Source of the DNA: Candidatus Cloacimonadales bacterium
GTDB lineage: Bacteria > Cloacimonadota > Cloacimonadia > Cloacimonadales > JAFGVF01
DNA: 64,000 nucleotides
Assembly: GCA_963677495.2 (NCBI GenBank)
Contig: CAXXOU010000001.1
Coordinates: 800,001 to 864,000, forward strand
Reading direction: 5' to 3'
A model generated the notes under the pieces. It was not told the DNA's origin, ran no database searches, and was given only the letters and a program-made list of their open reading frames with translations. Position 1 is the first letter of the stretch. Every line of letters starts with the position of its first letter. A program made the position numbers and the translations under genes. Of the stretch, positions 1 to 10,695 are shown piece by piece.

Positions 1-1
1 C

Positions 2-976
2 GGAAACGGTGGTCATGGCTGCATCAGCTTTAGAAGAGAAAAGTTTATTCCTAAAGGTGGTCCAGACGGTGGTGACGGTGGTTATGGCGGTCACATAGTT
101 TTTAAAGGAAATAGTAACATGAATACACTACTAAATTTCAGGCACATTCAAACTATAAATGCTGAGAATGGTCAGAATGGTGGTGGAGGTAACCGTACCG
201 GAAGAAGTGGTAAAAGTGAATACATAGAAGTCCCAATCGGTACAGAGATATGGGAATTTGTCGATGGTGAGAAGATAAAAGTTGCTGATATAGTTGATGA
301 AATCGAAGAAGTGGTTATTGCAAAAGGTGGTAGAGGTGGTAAAGGAAATACTCGCTTTGCAACAGCCACTCACAGAACTCCAAGAACTGCTACTGATGGT
401 AAAACTGGCCAACAGAAAAGCCTTGAATTAGTTCTTAAACTGATGGCCGATGTTGGTCTTGTGGGTTTCCCTAATGCAGGTAAATCAACACTCTTAAGTA
501 CTGTCTCAGCTGCTCGTCCGAAGATTGCCGATTACCAGTTTACGACTCTTGAACCATCCCTTGGTGTTATTTCTGTAAGTGAATATGAAAACTTTGTTAT
601 GGCTGATATTCCGGGCATCATCGAAGGTGCTCATATGGGTAAAGGACTTGGCATCCAGTTCTTACAACATATTCAAAGAACTAAAGTTCTTCTTTTCTTA
701 TTGGATATAAACTCTCCCGATCCTCTCAAAGACTATCAGGTTCTAAAATCTGAGTTGCATAACTATGATGAGTTCCTTGATAGAAAACCTCATCTCATTG
801 CTATGAGCAAGATTGACACAGTACCGGAAGATGAATTAGAAGAGAAACTTACTGAGCTTCGTGAAATATTCTCTGAGCAGATGCATGAGGAGATTATGGC
901 AATCTCATCAGTTGCTTTCAAGAATATCAACATCTTAAAGCGTAAACTGTTTACGCTCTCAGAGAGTGATGCATAA
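2..976 (+). CDS. obgE: Obg family GTPase (5' end truncated by window edge)
   Basis: Frame is open from base 2 (GNGGHGCISFRREKFIPKGGPDGGDGG, the glycine-rich Obg fold). G1 GFPNAGKS, G2 YQFTTL, G3 DIPG. The ORF track start at 119 is internal. Confidence 0.97.
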   Translation, partial: GNGGHGCISFRREKFIPKGGPDGGDGGYGGHIVFKGNSNMNTLLNFRHIQTINAENGQNGGGGNRTGRSGKSEYIEVPIGTEIWEFVDGEKIKVADIVDEIEEVVIAKGGRGGKGNTRFATATHRTPRTATDGKTGQQKSLELVLKLMADVGLVGFPNAGKSTLLSTVSAARPKIADYQFTTLEPSLGVISVSEYENFVMADIPGIIEGAHMGKGLGIQFLQHIQRTKVLLFLLDINSPDPLKDYQVLKSELHNYDEFLDRKPHLIAMSKIDTVPEDELEEKLTELREIFSEQMHEEIMAISSVAFKNINILKRKLFTLSESDA

Positions 977-2042
977 GAGAATTAAAGCCTGGATTGCTTT
1001 CAAGAACCAGAAAGGAATCAAGTTGATAGATAAGTACAATATCTTAAATAAATGGGGTGAACCTGTAAACTACATAGGAACACCCCATTCCTCTATTCAA
1101 GAGAGCCAATTAGTACCTTATAAAGTCTCAAATATCTGGAGTAAAACCGACTTAGAGTTCGATCAGCACATCGATAAAATCTTTGAAGAACACGAGATGA
1201 AGTTCTGCTCAATTATGGATCCTGAGTATCCTGAAATACTTAAATCACTCTATTGTCCACCCATGTATCTTTTTTACAAAGGTAACCTTGCAATAGCTGA
1301 TAACTGTATTGCAATCATAGGTACAAGAAAAGTCAGCAATTACGGAGTCAGGGTAACAAACACATTAGTAGATAAGCTTGTTGATGCAGGTGTAACAATC
1401 GTAAGTGGGCTAAGCTATGGAGTGGATTCGGAAGCACATCAGGCAGCTTTAAAGAAATCTGGTAAAACAATTGCTATTCTCCCGGGTAGTATCGATTTAA
1501 TCTATCCTCCGGGTAATAGAGAGATGGCAAACAGTATAGCTGAAAATGGATTAGTCCTATCAGAATATCTTCCAGGTGAGAAGGTGGAAAGGTGGCATTT
1601 TCCGGAAAGGAACAGACTTATCAGTGGAATTTCAAAAGCAGTTATCATGATAGAAGGTCCCGAGAAGAGTGGGGCACTCATCACAGCCCGGTTCGCTTTA
1701 GAGCAAAACAGAGCTTTATATGCAATACCCGGTGATATTACACGAGAAACTGCCAAAGGTTCGAATAAACTTATTAGCATGGGTGCTACACCTGTGATAG
1801 ATATTGACGAATTGATGACTGACTTAGGTGTAAAAGTAAGTAAATCAGCGAAGACTATCTCAAAAGTAGCCAAGAACCCAATATACAAGTTAATCCTTAA
1901 AGCTGAAGAACCTCTAGATATCGATACTATGATTGAGCTCTCAGGGCAAAGCTTCGGTGAGTTATCTGCTAATCTACTTGAACTTGAAATGGAGGGAGTA
2001 ATCAAAAGAATTGCCGGTAGCAGATACACGCCTATAAAATAA
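966..2042 (+). CDS. dprA: DNA-processing protein DprA/Smf
   Basis: IAIIGTR, IVSGLSYGVD, HFPERNRLISG, SGALITA motifs; C-terminal winged helix LLELEMEG; overlaps the obgE stop. Confidence 0.95.
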   Translation: MMHKRIKAWIAFKNQKGIKLIDKYNILNKWGEPVNYIGTPHSSIQESQLVPYKVSNIWSKTDLEFDQHIDKIFEEHEMKFCSIMDPEYPEILKSLYCPPMYLFYKGNLAIADNCIAIIGTRKVSNYGVRVTNTLVDKLVDAGVTIVSGLSYGVDSEAHQAALKKSGKTIAILPGSIDLIYPPGNREMANSIAENGLVLSEYLPGEKVERWHFPERNRLISGISKAVIMIEGPEKSGALITARFALEQNRALYAIPGDITRETAKGSNKLISMGATPVIDIDELMTDLGVKVSKSAKTISKVAKNPIYKLILKAEEPLDIDTMIELSGQSFGELSANLLELEMEGVIKRIAGSRYTPIK

Positions 2043-2195
2043 ACTTTTCTAAACTCTTAACTATATATATCAATTTACATTAGTCGTTTTAATCCCCTCT
2101 CCACAATTACGAGTATTTCCCTCAAAACAAACCAAAAAGTTAACTATCTTTGTAATAATATCTTTGCAAATGTCTTTGCAATAATATATAATCAA

Positions 2196-2359
2196 TACCT
2201 AGTCTTTATCTAATCGCATCAAGAACTTCTTTGCACCCTTTAATAAGTTATACACACGATGTGGATAACTTTAGGGTTTCATAGGGAGGGTCTAGGGAGG
2301 CTAAAGGGAGGGACAAGCGAGATTCCTGGTTCTTGAAGCAGGACATAAAGGACTTGGTA
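2196..2359 (-). repeat. Dispersed DnaA-box-pair element, copy 3 (diverged, reversed)
   Basis: TTATACACA-cga-TGTGGATAA at 2248-2268; AGGGAGG at 2283/2294/2305; inverted arms 2216-2226/2329-2339 and 2196-2207/2348-2359. The core aligns ungapped to 22931-22978. Confidence 0.75.
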
Positions 2360-2499
2360 CAGACTTCTAGCAGAGATGGAAAAGAATAATAGTGAATTTA
2401 TAAACTAATTGGTAGTGCTTACTGAAGGTTCATCTTTATGGTAATTATCCGTCTACTAGTAATTAACATTAGCTTAGAATATGGAAGTAGATATAAAAG

Positions 2500-2527
2500 A
2501 AGACCGTTATCGGTGGATAACGGTCTT
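2500..2527 (-). terminator. Intrinsic terminator of the minus-strand operon ending at 2546
   Basis: 12-bp perfect stem aagaccgttatc/gataacggtctt with an adjacent A-run (U-run on the minus strand). Confidence 0.75.
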
Positions 2528-2545
2528 AAATATTAGCCGGAAATC

Positions 2546-2806
2546 CTAAATCTCCATCATTTTAGCTGTTACATTTTCAAGTGCATTAAGTTTGCCCATC
2601 ATCTCATTAAGAATATCTTTTTCACCACGAACTTCAAGGATGATAAGACCATCTGTAGAGCAGATTTCTGCTGTAGCTTCATGGAGACCTAAACGTACTT
2701 GAATGTGGCATCCATATTCGGTTAGAATCTTCTGAGCTTCAATAGCAAACTTACTTCTTTGATCAATTTTGATAACCATAATTTTGTAAATCATATTATC
2801 CTCCAA
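2546..2806 (-). CDS. Small ACT-like protein, TM1266 / iron-only hydrogenase system regulator-like
   Basis: 86 aa; QKILTEYGCHIQVRLGLH and GLIILEV pattern typical of this family. Confidence 0.7.
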   Translation of the reverse strand: MEDNMIYKIMVIKIDQRSKFAIEAQKILTEYGCHIQVRLGLHEATAEICSTDGLIILEVRGEKDILNEMMGKLNALENVTAKMMEI

Positions 2807-3835
2807 CTAGTTTGTAATATATGCGTTTATAAGTTTTAAAGTATTTTCAACACCACGTCTATGAGTTCTCTCATAACCATGAGATGCGAAAACACCAGGT
2901 CCGATTAATCCATGTTTTATATCATAACCAGCACGGAGAGTCGCTTCAACATCTGAACCATAATATGGATAGATATCCACAGCATGTTCGAGTTTTAACT
3001 CTTCTGCTAACTTGATAAGTTTAGTTGTAATATCGTAATCGTAAGGTCCACCAGAATCTTTTGCACAGATTGATACTTTGAACTCATCAGTTGTAAGATC
3101 ATCACCGACTGCACCCATATCTACAGAAATCATCTCATTAATATCAGTGGGGATGCCTGAAGAGCCACCATGTCCTACCTCTTCATAAGTAGTGAAAAGG
3201 ATATAGACTTTGCGATTGGGAAGACATTCTTTTTCTGCAATAAGTTTAGCTAATGCCATCAGAATACCGGAGCTTGCCTTATCATCAAGATGACGACTCT
3301 TAATGAAACCTGATTCTGTGATTACTGTTCTTGGATCAAATGAGATGAAATCACCAACTCTGATACCTAGTTTCTTTACATCCTCAGCTTTCTTGACTTC
3401 CTCATCCAAAATAATCTCGATTGTCTTTTCAGAGCGAGTTAATGAGTTAACATCACGATAAACATGAGCAGCCGGATTTGTTAGATAAGCTGTACCTTGG
3501 AACTCTTTACCATCTCTCGTATGAACGATGATATTCTCGTTTTCAATATTGTTAGCAGCATATCCACCGATGCTTGTATAGCGAATACGACCATTACCTT
3601 TAATGCTCCTAACCATAGCGCCAAGTGTATCTACGTGAGCAGCGAACAGAATCGGGTCGCCCTCTCCCCCAAGATCACACAATAAAGCACCTTTCTTTGT
3701 CAGAACAGGTTCGAATCCAAGTTCAGTTAAATCTTGTTTTAAATCAGCAGTTATCTTTGCAGTAAAACCGGATGGACTTGGAGTAAGACACAGTTTCTTT
3801 ATCATATCAACAGCGTAGTTTACATATTTTTCCAT
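2807..3835 (-). CDS. M42 family metalloaminopeptidase
   Basis: PSPSGF, AAHVDT, SRHLDDK, YEEVG, ASHGYER metal-ligand motifs. Confidence 0.92.
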   Translation of the reverse strand: MEKYVNYAVDMIKKLCLTPSPSGFTAKITADLKQDLTELGFEPVLTKKGALLCDLGGEGDPILFAAHVDTLGAMVRSIKGNGRIRYTSIGGYAANNIENENIIVHTRDGKEFQGTAYLTNPAAHVYRDVNSLTRSEKTIEIILDEEVKKAEDVKKLGIRVGDFISFDPRTVITESGFIKSRHLDDKASSGILMALAKLIAEKECLPNRKVYILFTTYEEVGHGGSSGIPTDINEMISVDMGAVGDDLTTDEFKVSICAKDSGGPYDYDITTKLIKLAEELKLEHAVDIYPYYGSDVEATLRAGYDIKHGLIGPGVFASHGYERTHRRGVENTLKLINAYITN

Positions 3836-4977
3836 TATGACCTCTTGTTTCTTATTTTATATATCTCTAAAATCTTGTTTGTATGCTTTTCCCATGAGAA
3901 CCTTTTAATCTCTTCCAAACCCCGTTCTATCATTTTAGCACGTAAGTTATCATTTGTGAGCACCTTGAAAATCGACTCCATTATCTCTTCTGAAGATTCC
4001 GGGTTAAATGTAAAAACAGCTTCTCCTCCCACTTCCGGTAAAGATGAAGTATTTGAGCAAACAACAGGAGTTCCTGATGCCATAGCTTCAACTAAAGGAA
4101 TACCAAAACCCTCATATAGAGATGGGAAGACATACAAGGTTGCTCCACAATATAAACTCGGTAAATCATCATCCGGTACAAACCCCAGGAACTTGATGTT
4201 TGAACTACAATCAGATTGCCGGGCTACTTTGTGAACCTCTTCTGCCCCATTCCAGTCACTTCCGGCAAATACAAGATCATACTTCGCTTTAATCTCGTCC
4301 GATAACATTCCATAAGCTTCTATCAGTTTAACATGGTTCTTACCCGGATGCTCAATCCTTGCAATATAGAGTAGATACTCTTTCGATAGTTTGTATTTCT
4401 CTTTAACTGATGTTGCATCTTGCCCGGCATAGAATCGATTTTGATTGTAGCCGTTATAGTTCAGAATAATATCATCGTATTTCATCCCATAATAGCTCAT
4501 CATGTCTTTTATAGTACTTTTACTAATAGCCATTACACTTTGGGCTTTCTTTAAGAAAAATGGTATCACTTTTTTAATATAGAACATTCTGAAGCTATCG
4601 TATTTGTTCTCTATATGAAATTGAGATAGATCATGAAAAGTTACAATCGTTGGCTTTGGATAGATACTCAACAGTCTTCTGTTTCCTGCAGGTAGGAAGA
4701 TGAAATCATAAGTGGAATGTCCTAAGTGAAATGGCAATATGAAAAGATGCCACAGCATAGAGTTAATAGCTCTATTTACATAAACTGGAGCAAACTTAAA
4801 TGATATATTCTCGTTTTTTACAGAGAATAGATCCAAGTCATCAGGGTGTATTAAAACTGTGAGTTTATGCTGTTTAGAAAGTTCTCTAACAACATTATTA
4901 GTATAATCAGCAATTCCTGATTTACCTTTATCATAAGCCAGACCGGAAACAAAAATATTAAGTTGCTTGGCTTTCAA
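3835..4977 (-). CDS. Glycosyltransferase family 4 (GT-B)
   Basis: FPSLYEGFGIPLVEAMASG motif; start placed at TTG 4977 after an AGGAAT RBS (ORF track start is 5007). Confidence 0.9.
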   Translation of the reverse strand: MKAKQLNIFVSGLAYDKGKSGIADYTNNVVRELSKQHKLTVLIHPDDLDLFSVKNENISFKFAPVYVNRAINSMLWHLFILPFHLGHSTYDFIFLPAGNRRLLSIYPKPTIVTFHDLSQFHIENKYDSFRMFYIKKVIPFFLKKAQSVMAISKSTIKDMMSYYGMKYDDIILNYNGYNQNRFYAGQDATSVKEKYKLSKEYLLYIARIEHPGKNHVKLIEAYGMLSDEIKAKYDLVFAGSDWNGAEEVHKVARQSDCSSNIKFLGFVPDDDLPSLYCGATLYVFPSLYEGFGIPLVEAMASGTPVVCSNTSSLPEVGGEAVFTFNPESSEEIMESIFKVLTNDNLRAKMIERGLEEIKRFSWEKHTNKILEIYKIRNKRS

Positions 4978-5809
4978 AATATTCCTTTTTACCTTTCCAA
5001 ACACCATAACGCTGAAAAAGTCTATATATTGGTGCTTTGGGCAACCACATCAATTCACCATGCTTAAGAAGGAAAAGAAAATCTCTTATACTTTCCATAG
5101 TCGCAGGAATAAGAATCTCAGAAAATACATTACCGGGTTTCTCATTATAAATATATCCTTCTGCCTTACCTTCACCTTTGAAACGCTTTATCGTCTGTTT
5201 TAAGTTGTAATTATGAGAATGTTCAACAATTGCATCGGGGGCATAAACAATCTTCTTTCCCATCTGTTTCATTCTCCATGACCATTCAATATCTTCAGAG
5301 TATTGAATCTCTTCATAGAATGGGAACTCTTCCCAAACAGAGCGTCTTACAGCACTGGTAGCCATTGAGAAGAAATGTCGCCATTTAGCATGTATTTTAC
5401 CATCCCCAAAGGCTCTTAAATAATCTTTTCGAATAATTGGGGAAGCATCCTGACGAGTTATCTGATTCCCAAAAACAGCAATAACTTCCGGATCTTCAAA
5501 CGGCTTAATAAGGTTCTCTAGCCATAGTTCATTTTGTGGAATGCAATCAGCATTGTTAAATACCAGGATATCACCAGAGCATTTAGATGCAGCCGCATTC
5601 ATAACCTTACCGGGAATGTAGTCTTGTGGTTTAATTTGATAGGAAATCTGTGGATGTGCTTCTAATGCAACTTCCCAACTCCCGTCAGTTGAGCCAGAAT
5701 CTACAACTAACAGTTCATAATCTCTTAATGTCTGTTTTGTAAGCATCATCAAACTGTATTTAATAAATGGCATCTCATCTTTAGAACGCATTATGATACT
5801 TACTTTCAT
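4958..5809 (-). CDS. Glycosyltransferase family 2 (rhamnosyltransferase-like)
   Basis: VSIIMRSKDE, VVDSGSTDGS, NADC, SEDIEW, VEHSHNY. Confidence 0.88.
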   Translation of the reverse strand: MKVSIIMRSKDEMPFIKYSLMMLTKQTLRDYELLVVDSGSTDGSWEVALEAHPQISYQIKPQDYIPGKVMNAAASKCSGDILVFNNADCIPQNELWLENLIKPFEDPEVIAVFGNQITRQDASPIIRKDYLRAFGDGKIHAKWRHFFSMATSAVRRSVWEEFPFYEEIQYSEDIEWSWRMKQMGKKIVYAPDAIVEHSHNYNLKQTIKRFKGEGKAEGYIYNEKPGNVFSEILIPATMESIRDFLFLLKHGELMWLPKAPIYRLFQRYGVWKGKKEYFESQAT

Positions 5810-5821
5810 ATATAAATCCTT

Positions 5822-7426
5822 TTATAAATCTATTTCCATAACAGTTTCATTGATATCTTCAAACCTCATACGGCTAAAACAATTAACCATAGAGAGAACT
5901 AGATGAATACCTTTTCCACTTTCCATAAAGACATCATCTTCAAAACTATAAGGATTTTCTCTTGAGTAGTTGATACTAGCTGGAACCCACTCAATACCTT
6001 TATCCCAGAACTTCATAGTAATCTTATCTTTTCTGAATAAGAACTCAATAACAATAATTGCATCATGCTTGTAATTGTAACCATGTATAATAATATTGTT
6101 TAAGAACTCATCAATAACAAGCTCTATTTCAGATGCTAATCTTGAATCACCAGTCCATTCCAAAACTTTCTTTTCACACGTTTCTGCAGTTGATCCCACG
6201 TCTTTAAGCATAGATCTAACTTTAAACAGTATTTTCTTCTTTAGCACACCATCAACTTCAACATTGTTAACATTATCTTGAAGTTGGAAACAGAAAAGAG
6301 TGAAGTCATCTTGTCGGATGTTAAAATTGTTTTTACTCATATAGTCTTTCAAGCGGAATGGGAATGTTATACAACTATCTATCTCTATTTCCTCTTCAAT
6401 GATCTTACGTAGTCCTTCGATTCCAAACTCGTTTCCATCCTCATCAACTGATTCGTTAAGACCATCTGTATATAAAAGAAAAACAGAATCTTCTCTTAGC
6501 TGAAGAGTTTCAATATCCTCATCAGTATATTTGATTTCTGTATCCCAACCCATTGGGACTGATCCCCTTTTATCATATATAAATGTCTTTTTAGTTGTAG
6601 TATTATATTCAACTAATGGTGGATGGCCGGCATTTAGAAATCTAAATTGCTTAGTACTGACATCTATTATACCTAGAATAAGAGTCATGTAATTAGTTTC
6701 AAAAAGCTCTTCTGATAAACGCTCATTAAGCTGATTTAAAAGAGTAGGAATATGCATATCCTTCTTCATATTTTCAACAAACATCTTAATAATACTTCTA
6801 ATAGCAGTCATTAGAAGAGCAGCTTGTACACCATGTCCGGAAATATCTGCAACATAGGCAACGTATCGATCTTTATCTAGTTTTATCCAATCGAATAAAT
6901 CACCACCTACATCACCTGATGGAACATAGTGAGATGAGAAAATTATTTGCTCATCCAAAAATACCCATTTAGGTAGCATGTTTTCTTGAATGCGAGCAGC
7001 TAACTGTATCTCTTTGTGTAACTTTTGATAAATAAATTCTTTCTCTTTTTCTGCTGCCCTTATTCGAAGAATGTTTTTGACACGTGCTTGAATTTCAACT
7101 TTATTTATCGGTTTTCTCAAGTAATCGATTGCACCGACATCAAATCCTTCTTTTAAGGATTCATCCTCTGTATTTGCTGTAATCAGTATAACCGGCAGGT
7201 CTTTATTTATATCATGGATTTTTAGACATGTTTCATATCCATTCATTACTGGCATTACAACATCAAGTAATACTAAATCATAATCATTCTTTTCTACAAG
7301 ATTAATTGCATCCATACCGCTATGACAGCTATCTATTAGATAGTCATTTTTTAAGAGATAGAATTTAAGAGTTTTTACAATAATTCTATCGTCATCAACA
7401 ATAAGAATCCTTGGTATATGAGCCAC
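5822..7426 (-). CDS. Receiver + PP2C/SpoIIE phosphatase + RsbW-like HATPase fusion
   Basis: LIVDDD...LLDVVMP (receiver); VGGDLFD, ADISGHG, NAGHPP, LYTDGL, DDFT (PP2C); EFLNNIIIHG, DKG, SGKGIHL (anti-sigma kinase). Confidence 0.9.
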   Translation of the reverse strand: MAHIPRILIVDDDRIIVKTLKFYLLKNDYLIDSCHSGMDAINLVEKNDYDLVLLDVVMPVMNGYETCLKIHDINKDLPVILITANTEDESLKEGFDVGAIDYLRKPINKVEIQARVKNILRIRAAEKEKEFIYQKLHKEIQLAARIQENMLPKWVFLDEQIIFSSHYVPSGDVGGDLFDWIKLDKDRYVAYVADISGHGVQAALLMTAIRSIIKMFVENMKKDMHIPTLLNQLNERLSEELFETNYMTLILGIIDVSTKQFRFLNAGHPPLVEYNTTTKKTFIYDKRGSVPMGWDTEIKYTDEDIETLQLREDSVFLLYTDGLNESVDEDGNEFGIEGLRKIIEEEIEIDSCITFPFRLKDYMSKNNFNIRQDDFTLFCFQLQDNVNNVEVDGVLKKKILFKVRSMLKDVGSTAETCEKKVLEWTGDSRLASEIELVIDEFLNNIIIHGYNYKHDAIIVIEFLFRKDKITMKFWDKGIEWVPASINYSRENPYSFEDDVFMESGKGIHLVLSMVNCFSRMRFEDINETVMEIDL

Positions 7427-7555
7427 TATTCCCCCTGAATAACATTTATTTTTTTATAAAATCAAGTTTTAGTTTGTCAAGAGCATTTTTTCTATTGACA
7501 TCTTTAAGTGTGAATAACAAAAATTTTATACTAACCCTTATTAGGATATGATTAC

Positions 7556-10270
7556 ATGCAGCAAAATTATTTTACGATATCTAGTCCTCAGCTTAAAGAA
7601 GCTATCCAAAAACTTGGAAAGCTGGTACAAAAATCTCCAGCAGAAGCACTTAACCTTATTCAGGAAATTTCTCAAATGGAAGGTTTTAATGATGAATTAC
7701 TGGCTAAGGCATATACGGATAAGTATAGAGGAATTATCTTCTTTTCAATTAAGCAGTATGATAAAGCTTATAAATATTTTAAAAAAGCTCTGGAGAACTT
7801 TACTAAAGTTGGAGATCTTAGGGAGCAAAGTAATGTTTTAAACAATATTTCTCTTTATTACAATAGCAGAGGAGAGTATTATAAAGCTGTAGAACAACTT
7901 GAAAAAGTTCTCGAAATTCAAGAATCCCTTGGTAATCGACAAGGACAATTGGTTATATATAATAATATCTGTGAAATCTATAGAAATATTGGCAGGCATG
8001 ATAAAGCAATACGCATCTACGAAAAAGTGCTATGTTCAACCCTCAACAAACAGGACAGGTTAATGATATGCCTTATGAAGGTCAATTTAGCTGACAGTTT
8101 TTTGATGACAGGAATGTTAAAGGAAGCTGAAAATTGGATTGAAAACAATCAAGATAATATTACTAAGTGTGCCGACATTAACATGCTTAAACTACATTAT
8201 AGAAACTGTTATAATTATCACCGACTTAAAGGTAACTTTGAGGAAGCATTGGAATGTTATATAAGTTTTAGTGACTTCAGAGAACAACAAAATAAGCGAA
8301 TGGATGATTTCCAATCAGAGTTCTTCCTTAAAAAGCAGGAGCTTGAAATTCTTAAAAAACAAAAACAAGAACTAGAAGTTAAAAATAAACATCTCTTATC
8401 TCTTCAAGCATCTCTAGAAGATAAGAATACATTCCTGAACACTATCATTCATACAATTCCAATCCCATTCTTTGTTATTAATAATGATGAAGTATATCTT
8501 GAATGTAATGATTCTTTTGCTAATACTTTCGGAAAAAAGAGGGAAGATTTTATTGGAAAGAAAGTTGGTGTTTCCTCATCAATGATTCAAACAGAGCTCT
8601 ATTTCGAAATGGATAAGAAACTTTTAAGAGACAAGAAACTTCAAATATATGAGACATCCCTACTTAACAATGATGGTAAAGTTATTAATGTTATGTTCTT
8701 CAAAAATGTCTACTATGATAATAATGGTGAAGTTGCAGGAATTCTAGGGTCATTCATTGATTTAACAGAGAAGAAGGAATTGATCAAATCTCTTCATAAA
8801 TCAGAAGAACAGCTATCTGCTGTTTTCCATCATGCAGCTGTAGGTATTGCAGTATTTTCTGTTAAATGGGATGCATTGTTTATAAATAGGTATCTTATTG
8901 AACTACTGGGTTTCGATCTACAAGACTTAAAAAACCTTAAGCACAAAGTCTTTTCCAATAAGAAATCAAGGGCATTCTTCGATGATATTTTCGTGCAACT
9001 TCGCAAAGGTGAGACTAAGTATATTAGAAAGATCTATAGAATGATATCAAAGAGTAATAAAGAAGTATGGGGAGATATTTCCATCTCAATGCTACATGAT
9101 GAGTTCAACAACCCTGATAGTTTTATATGTGTATTCTCGGATATAACAGAAGCCAAACAATATGAAGACTCTATTTCCAAGCTTAACACATTATTGCAGT
9201 CTGTTATGAACAGTCCATACAAAATCTATATTGCATCACTGGATAGAAACTTCCGTTACACTTCTTATAACAAGAACTATAAAGAGGCCCTTCAAAGACA
9301 CAGAAAGATCAATATTGTAACGGGTAGGTATTACCTTGATAATTATAGTGATCCTGAAGATAAAGATATACATCGTCAAATCCTGGAAAAAGTACTCAAA
9401 GGTGAGATACATAAAGGTTTGAGGGAATATGATTATGAGGATGTTCACGAAATACTAGAATACTTCTACTGCCCCATTTATGGTTCTAATGGAAATATAG
9501 AGGGCATAACTATCTACACTGTTGATGTAACAGATAAGATGAAAATCCAAAGAGAACTCAGACACTCAGAGACAGAACTCAAGCTTGCGAACAAAACAAA
9601 AGACCAGTTCTTCTCTATTATTGCACATGACCTTAGAGCCCCTCTTGGTAACATCAAATCTGTCCTTGATTTCATCAGTAATAATGAAGAATCATTAACT
9701 GAAGAGGAAAAAACTGATTTCATACGTGAGCTAAATATGGAAGCAGCAGAAACTTTCAATCTATTAGAGAATCTGCTACTCTGGTCTAGAAGTCAAAGAA
9801 ATGGTATTGTTATTAATCCAACAAGAGTTGAGATAAAGAAACTTATTACAAGTATTTTAAAAGTTTATTACAGTATAGCTCTACGTAAGTCAATTGAGAT
9901 CACAACTAACCTTGAACCAACTCTTATTGGTTTCTTTGACTATCACACTATCGAAACTGTGATCAGAAACATACTAAATAATGCGATCAAGTTCACTCCA
10001 TCCGGTGGAACAATTATGGTTTCTGCTTATAATCAAAACGATCAAATATGCATTGTTATCTCAGATTCAGGTATTGGTATCCCTAAATCAAGATTGTCTT
10101 CTATTTTTCAACTTAATGAAGTTAGTAATATTAACTCCAGAGAAGATTCCAATACCGGATTAGGATTGATACTCTCTCATGATTTCATTGAGAAGAATAA
10201 TGGTTCTATTAGCATAAAAAGTGTTGTAGGTGAAGGCTCTACCTTTACTATAATGTTACCAAAGCAATAA
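7556..10270 (+). CDS. TPR-PAS sensor histidine kinase (no transmembrane segment)
   Basis: N-terminal TPR helices, three PAS-like segments, IAHDLRAP H box, NILNNAIKFT, DSGIGI, GLGL, GEGSTF. Confidence 0.9.
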   Translation: MQQNYFTISSPQLKEAIQKLGKLVQKSPAEALNLIQEISQMEGFNDELLAKAYTDKYRGIIFFSIKQYDKAYKYFKKALENFTKVGDLREQSNVLNNISLYYNSRGEYYKAVEQLEKVLEIQESLGNRQGQLVIYNNICEIYRNIGRHDKAIRIYEKVLCSTLNKQDRLMICLMKVNLADSFLMTGMLKEAENWIENNQDNITKCADINMLKLHYRNCYNYHRLKGNFEEALECYISFSDFREQQNKRMDDFQSEFFLKKQELEILKKQKQELEVKNKHLLSLQASLEDKNTFLNTIIHTIPIPFFVINNDEVYLECNDSFANTFGKKREDFIGKKVGVSSSMIQTELYFEMDKKLLRDKKLQIYETSLLNNDGKVINVMFFKNVYYDNNGEVAGILGSFIDLTEKKELIKSLHKSEEQLSAVFHHAAVGIAVFSVKWDALFINRYLIELLGFDLQDLKNLKHKVFSNKKSRAFFDDIFVQLRKGETKYIRKIYRMISKSNKEVWGDISISMLHDEFNNPDSFICVFSDITEAKQYEDSISKLNTLLQSVMNSPYKIYIASLDRNFRYTSYNKNYKEALQRHRKINIVTGRYYLDNYSDPEDKDIHRQILEKVLKGEIHKGLREYDYEDVHEILEYFYCPIYGSNGNIEGITIYTVDVTDKMKIQRELRHSETELKLANKTKDQFFSIIAHDLRAPLGNIKSVLDFISNNEESLTEEEKTDFIRELNMEAAETFNLLENLLLWSRSQRNGIVINPTRVEIKKLITSILKVYYSIALRKSIEITTNLEPTLIGFFDYHTIETVIRNILNNAIKFTPSGGTIMVSAYNQNDQICIVISDSGIGIPKSRLSSIFQLNEVSNINSREDSNTGLGLILSHDFIEKNNGSISIKSVVGEGSTFTIMLPKQ

Positions 10271-10294
10271 GCGATTTATTGTATTTATCTAAAA

Positions 10295-10318
10295 AGGGAA
10301 TACAAAACTGTATTCCCT
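10295..10318 (+). terminator. Probable intrinsic terminator after the histidine kinase
   Basis: agggaataca-aaac-tgtattccct, 10-bp stem. Confidence 0.6.
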
Positions 10319-10390
10319 CTCTCGATCACCAGCAAGCAGACCTGCAAGTATAATCTCTGTTCGAACTCCAGTTATTCCGCATTAACTTTT

Positions 10391-10532
10391 CATTGCACTA
10401 TCATAATACAAGAGAGAAAATTGTCCGATTCTAGGGAGTCTCTTGGGCCTCTCCTGTACTGATTCCGAAGTGACTGTCAGTGCAGGTGGCAGAAATTGAC
10501 GGTTATAAATACAATATTAAGATGGTCTGATG
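10391..10532. repeat. 142-bp inverted-repeat-bounded element, copy A
   Basis: Left end cattgcactatcataata; GAGTCTCTTGGGC at offset 46; degenerate right end tattaagatggtctgatg; aligns ungapped to 40956-41097 and 56138-56279. Confidence 0.75.
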
Positions 10533-10695
10533 TAAGTCAAATAACTGACTAATGCTACATAATCAAAATATCGAGAAAACTATAAAGGATAGTTAACAAT
10601 ATCCATTAATTCCCAAGTGCAAAATAAATTTGACATTATTGAATACATTACTTTATTCATACACAGAAATATTTAAAAGAACACAGGAGGACGAT

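Noticed and set aside
2145..2186. Triple TCTTTG(C/T)AA repeat / TGCAAA-N4-TTTGCA palindrome as a Fur/Zur box or 11-bp array
   Set aside because: Spacing is 14 and 12 bp, and it lies between convergent genes with no promoter to control
2248..2268. oriC at one of the DnaA-box pairs
   Set aside because: Only two consensus boxes per site, three dispersed copies, and no dnaA/dnaN/gyr/parAB context in the window
10630..10695. N-terminal extensions given by the ORF track (serA from 10630, small protein from 12611, xseA from 22756, ATPase from 33982)
   Set aside because: Better starts with ribosome-binding sites lie downstream; the extensions run through promoter DNA or neighbouring genes
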